Assembly: GCA_030699545.1 (NCBI GenBank)
Contig: JAUYMC010000375.1
Span: 1 to 48,556, forward strand
Origin: Gemmatimonadales bacterium
GTDB lineage: Bacteria; Gemmatimonadota; Gemmatimonadetes; Gemmatimonadales; GWC2-71-9
DNA length: 48,556 nt
Direction: 5' to 3'
Position 1 is the stretch's first letter. Each line of letters begins with the position of its first letter. Below, in pieces: positions 33,479-42,322 of the stretch. Made by a program: the position numbers and the translations under genes. Below the pieces are notes generated by a model that saw nothing but the letters and a program-made list of their open reading frames with translations, did not search any database and had not been told where the DNA came from.

Positions 33479-36219
33479 CCGCCGAAGAGATCGCGGCCCG
33501 GCGCGCCGTTATCGGTGATGCCCCCGCATTGCGGGCGCTGCGCGATCATCTGCGAACCCGCGCGCAGCCGCTACTGGAGCGGCTGCCCCCTATTCCGGAG
33601 CAGAAGGCGTTGCTCTCGGTCGACGGCGGCGTCTGCGCCGACGACGGGACCGCGCTCGCATTCGACCCGTGGAGTCCCTCGAGCCATCAGTGCCCGCGTT
33701 GCGGCCGGCACTGGACGGGGGAACGGCATGACCGCCACTGGGCCCGCTATCAGCACCTGTGGCTCGTCGAGCGCGCCGCTCACCTCGCGGCGTTGGGGGC
33801 ACTGGACGGTCAGGCGCCGGCCGCCGTCCGGGCGGGGGAGATTCTTACGGGATACGCCGAGCGCTACTGGCGATATCCCAACCGCGACAACGTGCTCGGC
33901 CCGAGCCGGCTGTTTTTTTCTACGTACCTCGAGTCCATCTGGACCACCAATTACCTCGCGGCCGCCGCCTTGCTGCGCGCCGGCGGGCGGCTCGACGCCG
34001 CCGTCGAGCGCGCCGTCCATCAGGTCGCCGACGAAGCGGCGACGCTCATCGGTGATTACGACGAAGGCTTCTCCAATCGGCAGACGTGGAACAACGCCGC
34101 GCTGGCGGCGGTCGCCGTCTGGTTCGAGGACGAGGAGCTGGCGCGGCGGGCCATCGAAGGCCCGACGGGCCTGCTCGCGCACCTGATCCGCGGCTACGGG
34201 CGCGACGGCATGTGGCATGAGGGAGAGAACTACCACCTGTTCGCGATCCGGGGACTCCTCACCGGACTCGGCTGGGCGCGGCTCGCCGGCGTGGACGTGG
34301 CCGCCGAATCGCGGCTCGCCGAGAAACTCGCCCAGGCGCTGCTCGCCCCCGCCCTCAGCGCGCTCCCCGACTTTACGTACCCCGCGCGGAAAGACTCACG
34401 CTACGGCATCTCGCTCGCGCAGCCGGCACATGTGGAGCTGTGGGAGATCGGTCTGGCGCAGCTGGTGCGCGGTGAGCGGTACGCGGTGAGCGGGAACCAC
34501 GTCACCGCCTGGCTCACCGCGCTCTACGAAGTGCCTCCATCCGAACCGGAGCTCCTCGAATCGTACTTGCACGATGCCGGCACGAGCGACCGCGCACCGC
34601 GCACCGCTCACCGCGGACGTAGTGCATTGTCCTGGTGGTCGCTGCTGGAGATGCTTCCCGAGGTTCCGGCGCCCGCCGAGCCGTGGACACCCCCGACGGT
34701 GTTGCTGGAAAGCCAGGGCCTCGCCGTGCTGCGCGCGGCCGATCGCTATGCGAGCCTCGAGTGCGGGCCGTACACCGGCGGTCACGGGCATCCCGACCGG
34801 CTGCACCTGACCCTGCACGCGAACGGCGTGCACTGGCTGCCCGATCCCGGCGCTGGATCGTATGTATCGCGCGATCTGTTCTGGTACCGGTCCCCGCTCG
34901 CCCACAATGCGCCGCGACTCGATGACGTCTCGCAGGCGCCGGCGGAGACGGGGTGCGACCGGTTCGACGATCAGGGCGCCTGGGCGTGGGCCCGCGGCCG
35001 TCTGGGCCCGCTCACGCGCACGCTCGTCGCCGGTCCGCGGTACCTGGTGGATGTTCTCGATCTGACCGGAACCGAGGAGCGGCTGCTCGATCTGCCGTGG
35101 CACCTCGCGGGATCGGGTGACGTGGACGCTCCTGAGGCGGGGCGGTGGCAGGACGCGGTGCTGGACGAGCCGTTTCTGACGAAGGTCGAGCGGTTCGTCG
35201 CGCCGCAGGCGGGCGGCGGCGTCTACCGGATCACGCACGAGAGTTCGGGGGCGCGCCTCCAGCTGCATGTCGTGGGAGGGAAGGGCGTGGAGCTGTGGCG
35301 CGCCGAGGGCCCGGGTCTGCCGGGCCGCACGGAGCGCCGCCGGTTCTATCTGCTGCGCACGCGCGCGCGCAACGCGCGTCTCGTCGCGGTGCTCTCGGAC
35401 GATCACGTCCGGGGTGTTCGGGTGGCGGGTGAAATGATCGAGATCGACACCGCGGCCGGAACTGAGACGCACCGCTACACCGGGGACGAATGGACCACGG
35501 GTGACATCACCCTGCGCGGCACGCGGGACGACGAGGCGGGGGTCGCGCCGCTGCTCGAGCTCGAGCGCCCGACGCCGGCGCTCGCCCCCGCGTTCCGGGT
35601 CGGCGGCGCGCCCGACCTCGACGGCACGCGCGCCGGGTTCGACGTGTCGGAGCCGCTGCGACTCGCGATCGAGGACCAGTACCGGCGGAGCGAGGAGCCC
35701 TATCCGGGGCCCGCCGAGCTGTCCGCCACCGCCTTCGTGGCGTGGGACGACGACGCGCTGTACGTCGCGGTGGAGATCACCAAACCGGATCTCTGCTTCC
35801 GGGCTCCCGACGCGCCGCCGCAGCGACTCGACAACGAGCCGGAGGACATTCACTCCGATGGGTTGCAGATCTATCTGCGCGGAGAAGGCGCGCCCGTCGG
35901 GTTCCTCGTCGTGCCCGAGCCCGGGAGCGGGCTCCGGGTTTCTGCGGTGAGCGACCTGAACGGCGATCCCTCCGGTGTGCACGGCCGGTGGCGCCAGACC
36001 GCCACGGGGTACGCCGTGACGGTGGCGGTTCCGTGGCCGACCGGTTTGCGCCCGCACGTCGGCGCGCGGGTGCGCTTCGACCTTATCATTAATGAAATGC
36101 TCCCCGGCCGGACGCGGCGCGCGGGTCAGCTCGTCTGGAGCGGCGGCAACGGCTGGGTGTGGCTGCGCGGGGACCGGCAAAGCCCGGCCCGCTTCGGCGT
36201 CCTGGAGCTCGTGACATGA
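33472..36219 (+). CDS. Heparinase II/III-family (polysaccharide lyase-like) protein with C-terminal CBM9/DOMON-like domain
   Basis: 915 aa, no signal peptide. GGHGHPDRLHLTLHANG matches the heparinase II/III-like motif. The tail (APDLDGTRAGFD...AFVAWDDDALYVAVEI...IHSDGLQIYL) resembles CBM9-type modules. Confidence 0.7.
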   Translation: MVTAEEIAARRAVIGDAPALRALRDHLRTRAQPLLERLPPIPEQKALLSVDGGVCADDGTALAFDPWSPSSHQCPRCGRHWTGERHDRHWARYQHLWLVERAAHLAALGALDGQAPAAVRAGEILTGYAERYWRYPNRDNVLGPSRLFFSTYLESIWTTNYLAAAALLRAGGRLDAAVERAVHQVADEAATLIGDYDEGFSNRQTWNNAALAAVAVWFEDEELARRAIEGPTGLLAHLIRGYGRDGMWHEGENYHLFAIRGLLTGLGWARLAGVDVAAESRLAEKLAQALLAPALSALPDFTYPARKDSRYGISLAQPAHVELWEIGLAQLVRGERYAVSGNHVTAWLTALYEVPPSEPELLESYLHDAGTSDRAPRTAHRGRSALSWWSLLEMLPEVPAPAEPWTPPTVLLESQGLAVLRAADRYASLECGPYTGGHGHPDRLHLTLHANGVHWLPDPGAGSYVSRDLFWYRSPLAHNAPRLDDVSQAPAETGCDRFDDQGAWAWARGRLGPLTRTLVAGPRYLVDVLDLTGTEERLLDLPWHLAGSGDVDAPEAGRWQDAVLDEPFLTKVERFVAPQAGGGVYRITHESSGARLQLHVVGGKGVELWRAEGPGLPGRTERRRFYLLRTRARNARLVAVLSDDHVRGVRVAGEMIEIDTAAGTETHRYTGDEWTTGDITLRGTRDDEAGVAPLLELERPTPALAPAFRVGGAPDLDGTRAGFDVSEPLRLAIEDQYRRSEEPYPGPAELSATAFVAWDDDALYVAVEITKPDLCFRAPDAPPQRLDNEPEDIHSDGLQIYLRGEGAPVGFLVVPEPGSGLRVSAVSDLNGDPSGVHGRWRQTATGYAVTVAVPWPTGLRPHVGARVRFDLIINEMLPGRTRRAGQLVWSGGNGWVWLRGDRQSPARFGVLELVT

Positions 36220-36962
36220 TTACCGTCGTGCTCCACGAGCCGCAGGATCTGGTGAACATCGCGCACGTCGTCCGCGTCATGAAAAACTTTGGCGTGCGCG
36301 ATCTCCGGCTCGTGAATCCCCGCGAATACGATGCGTATCGTGTCGAAGGCATCGCCCATCAGACCCAGGACCTGCTCGCACGGGTGAAGACATTCGAGTC
36401 TCTCGGCGCGGCGCTCGCGGATTGCGTGCATGTGGTGGGGTTCACCGCACGGGGGCGCACCGCCAAACGCAACGTCCGGCGGCCGCGGGATGCCGCCGCC
36501 GAAGTGACCGCGCTGTCGCAGGGAGGACCCGTCGCCCTGCTGTTCGGCCGCGAAGACCGCGGCCTGGCGAACGAGGCCCTCGACCGGTGTCATCGCATCG
36601 TGACGATTCCCAGCGATCCCGGCTATGCGTCGCTCAATTTGGCCCATGCCGTCGTGGTGATGCTGTACGAGCTGGCGCTCGCCCGCGGCGCCGACGACCA
36701 GCCCTTCAAAGCGCCGCGCCGTCCCGCCGAGCCCGCCGTCGCCGAGGATCTGGAGCGGCTGTTCGCCGACGTGGCGCGGATGCTCGAGACGATCGATTTC
36801 TTCAAGACCCGGAATGCCGACGGCGTCATGCGGACGGTGCGGGAGATCGGGCACCGGACGCCGCTCGACGCCCGCGAGGTGAAGCTGCTCCGCGCCATGG
36901 CCATCGAAGTGGTCAAGTACGGTGAACGAATCGCGCGTTCCGGGCTTCACGTCGACCGGTAG
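36216..36962 (+). CDS. SpoU/TrmH-class RNA 2'-O-methyltransferase (TrmJ-like)
   Basis: ATG at 36216 overlaps the upstream stop (ATGA). MITVVLHEPQDLVNIAHVVRVMKNFG, LLFGREDRGL, IPSDPGYASLNLAHAV (SPOUT knot motifs). Confidence 0.8.
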   Translation: MITVVLHEPQDLVNIAHVVRVMKNFGVRDLRLVNPREYDAYRVEGIAHQTQDLLARVKTFESLGAALADCVHVVGFTARGRTAKRNVRRPRDAAAEVTALSQGGPVALLFGREDRGLANEALDRCHRIVTIPSDPGYASLNLAHAVVVMLYELALARGADDQPFKAPRRPAEPAVAEDLERLFADVARMLETIDFFKTRNADGVMRTVREIGHRTPLDAREVKLLRAMAIEVVKYGERIARSGLHVDR

Positions 36963-38091
36963 CAAGCGGCCCGAGGCCCTCTTCGGCCCCGACGCGGGGA
37001 CCGCTGTGCCCGCGCGCCTCACGCGCTCGGCCGGCTGCCGGGTGTGGGACGCCGACGGGCGCGAGTACGTCGACTACGTCATGGGACTCGGCGCGGTCGC
37101 CCTCGGCTACGGGCATCCGGCGGTCACGGCGGCCGCGCGGCGCGCGGTCGAGGCGGGCGTCGTGGGCCCGCTGCCGCCGGTTCAGGAAGAAGAGCTGGCC
37201 GAAGCGCTCGCCGCCCACATCCCCTGGCTCGAGCGGGTGCGCTTCCTCAAGACTGGGGCGGAAGCCGTCGCCGCCGCGGTCCGGCTGGCGCGCGTGGCGA
37301 CCGGACGCGACCACGTCCTGGGGTGCGGCTACCATGGGTGGCTCGATTGGTGTCAAGGGAGCGCGGAGGGGGCGGGAATCCCCGCGGCGGTGCGCAGCCT
37401 GTTCGCCGAGCTGCCGTTCAACGACGTGGCGGGCACGCGCGCCCTGATCCGCGAGCGCGGGCACCAGCTCGCCGCCGTCGTCGTCGAGCCGGTCGTGGTC
37501 GCCGAGCCGCGGCGGGAATGGCTGGAGACCTTGCGCGCCGAGACGACGCGCGCCGGCGCGGTGCTGATCTTCGACGAGATCAAGACGGCGTTCCGGCTCG
37601 CGATCGGCGGCGCGGCCGAGCGCTACGGAGTGCGCCCCGATCTCGCCGTATTAGGGAAGGCGCTGGCGAACGGCTTTCCGCTGGCCGCGGTCGGGGGGCG
37701 GGCGGAGCTGATGGCGGGGGCGGAGCGGACGTGGATCTCGTCCACCCTGGCCACCGAGGGCGTCGCGCTCGCGGCGGCGCGCGCGACGCTCGACGTCTTC
37801 GTGCGCGAGCGCGTCTGCGAGCACTTGCACCGCGTGGGTACGCGGCTGCTGCATGGGCTGCACGATGTGCAGCGCCGCCACGCCGCGGCCGTCACGGGCG
37901 TGGCGGGCCTCGCGGAGATGTGCTTCCTGCACTACGCGACCGACGAGCTGTCGTGCGCCGTGGCGGTGCGCTGCGCCCGGCGCGGCCTGCTGTTCAAGCG
38001 GACCGCCTATAACTTCGTCTCGCTCGCGCACGACGAGGGCACCATCGATCACACTCTGGCGACACTCGATGCGGCGCTGCACGAAATCTAG
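36922..38091 (+). CDS. Class-III PLP aminotransferase, glutamate-1-semialdehyde aminomutase-like
   Basis: 389 aa. GLGAVALGYGHP, FDEIKTAFR, and LGKALANGFP (PLP lysine context). The GTG start overlaps the upstream gene by 41 nt, so the start is uncertain. Confidence 0.75.
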   Translation: MNESRVPGFTSTGSKRPEALFGPDAGTAVPARLTRSAGCRVWDADGREYVDYVMGLGAVALGYGHPAVTAAARRAVEAGVVGPLPPVQEEELAEALAAHIPWLERVRFLKTGAEAVAAAVRLARVATGRDHVLGCGYHGWLDWCQGSAEGAGIPAAVRSLFAELPFNDVAGTRALIRERGHQLAAVVVEPVVVAEPRREWLETLRAETTRAGAVLIFDEIKTAFRLAIGGAAERYGVRPDLAVLGKALANGFPLAAVGGRAELMAGAERTWISSTLATEGVALAAARATLDVFVRERVCEHLHRVGTRLLHGLHDVQRRHAAAVTGVAGLAEMCFLHYATDELSCAVAVRCARRGLLFKRTAYNFVSLAHDEGTIDHTLATLDAALHEI

Positions 38092-38654
38092 AATGCCGTG
38101 ATCAGAGCGCCGACGATGAGGAAGACCACGATCGTCACGATGATCACGACGGCGGTGTAGCCCATCGCGCGATCCTGCGGGACTTTCATGACGATCGGCA
38201 GCCCGACGTACAGCAGGTAGAGGCTGTACAGCGCAAACAGCAGGCTGACGAGCGCCAGCGCGGGGATGAGCGCGAACACGCCGCCGATCCACGCCGCCGT
38301 GCTGGAGTAGGCCGCCGCCTTCAGCGCCTGCACGTCGTTCTTCTGCCCGCCGAAGTTCGGCGCCAGCAGGCTGATGATCTGCATGATGATGAACACGCTC
38401 ACGAGGGCGAGCACGTACGCGGCCACGCCGCGGGTGATCGCGGTCGAGACCGGCACGGGATTGGTGAGGCTCGTGAAGGCGATGCGCTGCCCGAAGATCA
38501 GCATGCTGATCGTGCCGCAGATCGGGCCGATGGCCGCTAGCGGCATGATGTACTTGCCCCAGATCTCGCCGGGTTTGGTGAATTCCGCGTCGATTTCCCG
38601 CCACGTGCTGCGCGGCTGGAGGAGGATGGACTTGGCGCGATCGATGAGCTGCAT
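38088..38654 (-). CDS. Yip1-domain integral membrane protein
   Basis: Start at ATG 38654 (MQLIDRAKSILLQPRSTWREI...), followed by 5 TM helices. The stop shares a CTAG with the convergent aminotransferase stop. Confidence 0.7.
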   Translation of the reverse strand: MQLIDRAKSILLQPRSTWREIDAEFTKPGEIWGKYIMPLAAIGPICGTISMLIFGQRIAFTSLTNPVPVSTAITRGVAAYVLALVSVFIIMQIISLLAPNFGGQKNDVQALKAAAYSSTAAWIGGVFALIPALALVSLLFALYSLYLLYVGLPIVMKVPQDRAMGYTAVVIIVTIVVFLIVGALITAF

Positions 38655-38699
38655 GCAGGCTCCAGGATGGCGATTGGGTGCCACAAGATATCAAATTGA

Positions 38700-39503
38700 G
38701 TGATGCTCGTCGACATCCACGCGCATTTCCTCTATGGCCGGACCCCCCGGGCGGACTGGCGCGAGCGCAACGCCAGCCGCCTCGCCGCCGGGGAGCGGAT
38801 CGGCATTTCCGTGCACGTCGCGTCGATCCTGGGCAGCTGGGGCCTCACCTCCCCCCTCTACTTCCCCTCACCGGCCGACGTGACGGCGGGGAACGACGCC
38901 CTCCTCGAGCTGCAACGGGCCCATCCCAACCGGATCCGCGGCTACGCCTGCGTGAACCCCAACTTCACCGAGCACGCCCGCCGCGAGATCGCGCGCTGCC
39001 TCGATGCGGGGATGGTGGGGATCAAGCTGGCGGCAAGCCGCCGGGCGAACGACCCGCTGCTCGATCCCGTGTGCGCGCTGGCGCGCGAGCGCCGCGTCCC
39101 GGTGTTGCACCACATCTGGCAGCACCGCCGCCGGGACTGGCCGGGGCAGGAGGCCTCCGACGCACCGGAGCTGTGCGCCCTCGCGCTGCGCCACCCCGAG
39201 GTGTCGTTCATCCTGGCGCACATCGGCGGCGGCGGCGACTGGCGGCATTCGCTGCGCGCCGTGGCCGATGTCGGCAACGTCTATGTCGATCTGTCCGGGA
39301 GCGGCGTGGACGGCGGCATGCTCGAGGCGTGCGTCGCGGCTGTCGGCGTGAGCCGGCTGCTCTGGGGCACCGATCTGACGATGGACACGGGATGGGCCAA
39401 GCTGCGCTACCTCGAGTCGCTGCTCGGCAAGGAAGAGCTGGTGTTCGTCCGGTGGAAAAACGCCGCCCGGATATTTCCCCCCGGCGCCTTCCCCGCGGAT
39501 TGA
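38700..39503 (+). CDS. Amidohydrolase-2 (TIM-barrel metal-dependent hydrolase) family protein, catalytic motifs intact
   Basis: N-terminal VDIHAHF (HxH), internal HHIW/AHIGGG, and C-terminal LLWGTDLTMD (Asp). Start at GTG 38700 or ATG 38703. Confidence 0.8.
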   Translation: MMLVDIHAHFLYGRTPRADWRERNASRLAAGERIGISVHVASILGSWGLTSPLYFPSPADVTAGNDALLELQRAHPNRIRGYACVNPNFTEHARREIARCLDAGMVGIKLAASRRANDPLLDPVCALARERRVPVLHHIWQHRRRDWPGQEASDAPELCALALRHPEVSFILAHIGGGGDWRHSLRAVADVGNVYVDLSGSGVDGGMLEACVAAVGVSRLLWGTDLTMDTGWAKLRYLESLLGKEELVFVRWKNAARIFPPGAFPAD

Positions 39504-40270
39504 TGCGGATCGACGTCAACGCCTTCGTGGGCGCCTATCCATGGCGCAAAGTGCCGGGAACCTCCCCCGACGCGCTGCTCCGCGCGCTCGATCGCAGCGC
39601 GATCGACGAAGCCTGGATCAGCCATCTGCCGGGACTGTTCTGGCGGGATCCGACCGAGGGGAACGCCTGGCTGTACGAGACCGCGCGCGCGCAGCAGCGC
39701 TTCAAACCCGTCCCCATCGTGCACCCCGGACTCGCCGGATGGGAGGACGTCGTGGCGAACGCGGTGAATGCCGGTGCGCCCGCCGTCCGCTGCGATCCCC
39801 TCTACCTCGGTCTCGATCCGGCCGGCGGCGCCATGCGCGTCTGCGCCGCGGCGTGCGGTGCGGCGCGTCTTCCGCTGCTGCTCGCGGTGCGCCTGGAGGA
39901 CGGACGCCAGCGTCATCCCAACGACGGCGTGCCCGAGCTGCCCGCGGCGGCTGTGCGCGCGTTGCTCCGCAGCGACCAGGACGCGCGGCTCATCGTCACG
40001 CACGCCGACCGCGCGTTCATCGAGGAAGTGCACTTCGGATCGACCCCCGAGGAGTCGCGGCGCGTCTGGTGGGACATCTGCTGGATCTGGGGACCGCCCG
40101 AAGACCACCTGGCGACGCTGCTCACGACGATCGGCCACGAGCGGTTCGTGTTCGGGACGGGACAGCCGCTGCGCATTCCGGAAACCAGCGTGGCCAAGCT
40201 CGATCTGCTCGAGCTGCCGCCGGGCGCGCGGCAGGCGATCGAGTGTGACAACGCGCGGCGCATTGCCTGA
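39503..40270 (+). CDS. Amidohydrolase-2-like paralogue with degenerate metal site (candidate non-catalytic partner)
   Basis: ATG at 39503 overlaps the upstream stop. The same overall layout, but N-terminal IDVNAF replaces HxH and FVFGTGQPL replaces the GTD motif. Confidence 0.7.
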   Translation: MRIDVNAFVGAYPWRKVPGTSPDALLRALDRSAIDEAWISHLPGLFWRDPTEGNAWLYETARAQQRFKPVPIVHPGLAGWEDVVANAVNAGAPAVRCDPLYLGLDPAGGAMRVCAAACGAARLPLLLAVRLEDGRQRHPNDGVPELPAAAVRALLRSDQDARLIVTHADRAFIEEVHFGSTPEESRRVWWDICWIWGPPEDHLATLLTTIGHERFVFGTGQPLRIPETSVAKLDLLELPPGARQAIECDNARRIA

Positions 40271-41129
40271 GCTCGAGTGGGCCTTGATCCCGGCGGTGCC
40301 CGTCCCGTTTCGCGGGACGACGCTCGCGCGCGATGCGCAGCACGCCTACGCGCAGTGGATGGCGCGCCAGCCGGTCGCCGGTGTCGCCGTCTGGGCCCAC
40401 ACGGGGCGGGGACCACACCTGTCGGCGGACCAGCGGCGCGACGTGCTGGCGGTCTGGCGCGCCGCCCTGCCGGGGAAGGTGCTCATCGCCGGGGTGAACA
40501 GCGCGGCGATGGCGCGCGAGGCGCGCCACGGCGGTGCCGACGGCCTGCTGGCCTTTCCGCGCCGGGACGAGGCGGTCGCGTATCATGCCGAGCTGGCGCG
40601 CGAGGGTCCCGTGATCGCCTTCTATCTGTATGAGGCCGCGGGCGGTGTCGGCTACGACGACGCCACGCTGCACCAGATTCTCGGCCTCCCCGGCGTGATC
40701 GGCATCAAGGTCGCCACCCTCGACTCGGTGATGACGTTTCAGCGCATCGCGGCGATCGTGCGGGAACACCCGAACACGGTGCTGATCACAGGGGAAGACC
40801 GCTTCCTCGGCTATTCGCTGATGATGGGCGCGCGCGCGGCATTGATCGGCATGGGGGCGGCGCTGACGGATCTCCAGGCCGATCTGCTCACGGCCCGCGC
40901 GGCCGAAAACCACCACGCCTTCCTCCGCCTCTCCACGCAGTTGGACGGTTTCAGCCAGACTACATTCCGCGACCCCATGGAAGGCTACATTCGCCGCATG
41001 CTCTGGACGCTGGCCTGTGAAGGCGTGATTCCTGAAGACGCCTGCGATGATCCGTGGGGTCCCCCCTTGCCGGCGGCGGAGCGCGAGGCGGTCTGCCGGG
41101 CCGTGCGCGAGGCTCGTCGCCTACGCTAG
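40245..41129 (+). CDS. DHDPS/N-acetylneuraminate-lyase-family (class I aldolase-like) protein
   Basis: VIGIKVATLDS contains the family Schiff-base Lys context. AFYLYE and GADGLLAF fit the barrel strands. Start uncertain: GTG at 40245 or TTG at 40263, both overlapping the upstream gene. Confidence 0.7.
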   Translation: MTTRGALPELEWALIPAVPVPFRGTTLARDAQHAYAQWMARQPVAGVAVWAHTGRGPHLSADQRRDVLAVWRAALPGKVLIAGVNSAAMAREARHGGADGLLAFPRRDEAVAYHAELAREGPVIAFYLYEAAGGVGYDDATLHQILGLPGVIGIKVATLDSVMTFQRIAAIVREHPNTVLITGEDRFLGYSLMMGARAALIGMGAALTDLQADLLTARAAENHHAFLRLSTQLDGFSQTTFRDPMEGYIRRMLWTLACEGVIPEDACDDPWGPPLPAAEREAVCRAVREARRLR

Positions 41130-42322
41130 CCCGGCGGTCGTTCCTGCAATCGTGCGCCGCGATGACGCTCGGAGGCTTCGTTCCCATGAACAGGCAACCG
41201 CATGTGGCCGTAATCGGCGCCGGCGCGTTCGGCGGCTGGACCGCCCTCTACCTGCGGCGGCAGGGAGCGCGGGTCACGCTGCTCGACGCCTGGGGACCGG
41301 GGAACGCGCGCGCCAGCTCGGGCGGCGAGACGCGCGTCATTCGCGCGACCTACGGTCCGCGCGCGGTCTATACGCGCATGGCGGCCCGCGCGCTCGATCT
41401 CTGGAAGGAGCACGACCGCCGCTGGCGCACGCAGCTCTACCGCGGCATCGGCGTGCTGTGGCTGGTCGAGACCGACGACGCGTACGAGCGCGCGGCGCTG
41501 CCGATTCTGCGCGACGCGAAGGTGGCCGTCGCCGAGCTGACGGGCGCCGAAGTCGCGCGCCGGTTTCCGCAGATCGCGGGCGACGGCATTCGCTGGGCGA
41601 TCTTCGAGCGGGATGGCGGTTATCTGTTGGCTCGGCGCGCCTGCGCCGCCGTGCTCGACGGCTTCCGCGCCGAGGGAGGAGAGTACCGGCAGCTGGCCGT
41701 GCACCAGCCGCCCGCGCCGCGCGGCGGCGAATTGACCGGGGTGCCGTTGAGCGACGGCACGACGCTCACCGCCGATCGCTTCGTGTTCGCCTGCGGTCCG
41801 TGGCTGGGAGCGCTGTTCCCCGACGTGATCGGCGAGCGGGTCCGGCCGACGCGCCAGGAGGTGTTCTTCTTCGGCACGCCGCCGGGCGACCGGCGGTACA
41901 CCGAGGACGCCATGCCCGTCTGGGCGCATCACGGCGCGCGCTTCATGTACGGCATCCCCGGCAACGAATGGCGCGGCTTCAAGGTCGCCGACGACACCCG
42001 CGGTCCCGTGTTCGATCCCACGCACGGTGAGCGCGTCGCGACGCCGGAGGGCGTGCGGACGGTGCGTGCCTACGTCGGCGAGCGGTTCCCCGGCCTGAAG
42101 GATGCGCCGTTGCTCGAGGCGCGAGTGTGCCAGTACGAGGACTCTCCCGACGAGCACCTGATCATCGACCGGCATCCCGCCGCGGCGAACGTTTGGCTGG
42201 TGGGTGGGGGCTCGGGGCATGGGTTCAAACACGGCCCGGCGGTGGGGGAGCTCGTGGCGCGCCTGGTCCTCACCGGGGAGGTGCCGGATGCGCAGTTCAG
42301 GCTCTCCCGCTTTACTCGCTAA
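41054..42322 (+). CDS. FAD-dependent oxidoreductase (DAO / sarcosine-oxidase-beta family) with probable Tat signal
   Basis: VAVIGAGAFGG Rossmann motif plus DAWGPGNARASSGGETRVIR. An upstream in-frame ARRSFLQSCAAMTLGG looks like a twin-arginine signal, which requires GTG 41054 (75-nt overlap with the upstream gene). Alternative starts are ATG 41162 and ATG 41186. Confidence 0.75.
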   Translation: MGSPLAGGGARGGLPGRARGSSPTLARRSFLQSCAAMTLGGFVPMNRQPHVAVIGAGAFGGWTALYLRRQGARVTLLDAWGPGNARASSGGETRVIRATYGPRAVYTRMAARALDLWKEHDRRWRTQLYRGIGVLWLVETDDAYERAALPILRDAKVAVAELTGAEVARRFPQIAGDGIRWAIFERDGGYLLARRACAAVLDGFRAEGGEYRQLAVHQPPAPRGGELTGVPLSDGTTLTADRFVFACGPWLGALFPDVIGERVRPTRQEVFFFGTPPGDRRYTEDAMPVWAHHGARFMYGIPGNEWRGFKVADDTRGPVFDPTHGERVATPEGVRTVRAYVGERFPGLKDAPLLEARVCQYEDSPDEHLIIDRHPAAANVWLVGGGSGHGFKHGPAVGELVARLVLTGEVPDAQFRLSRFTR

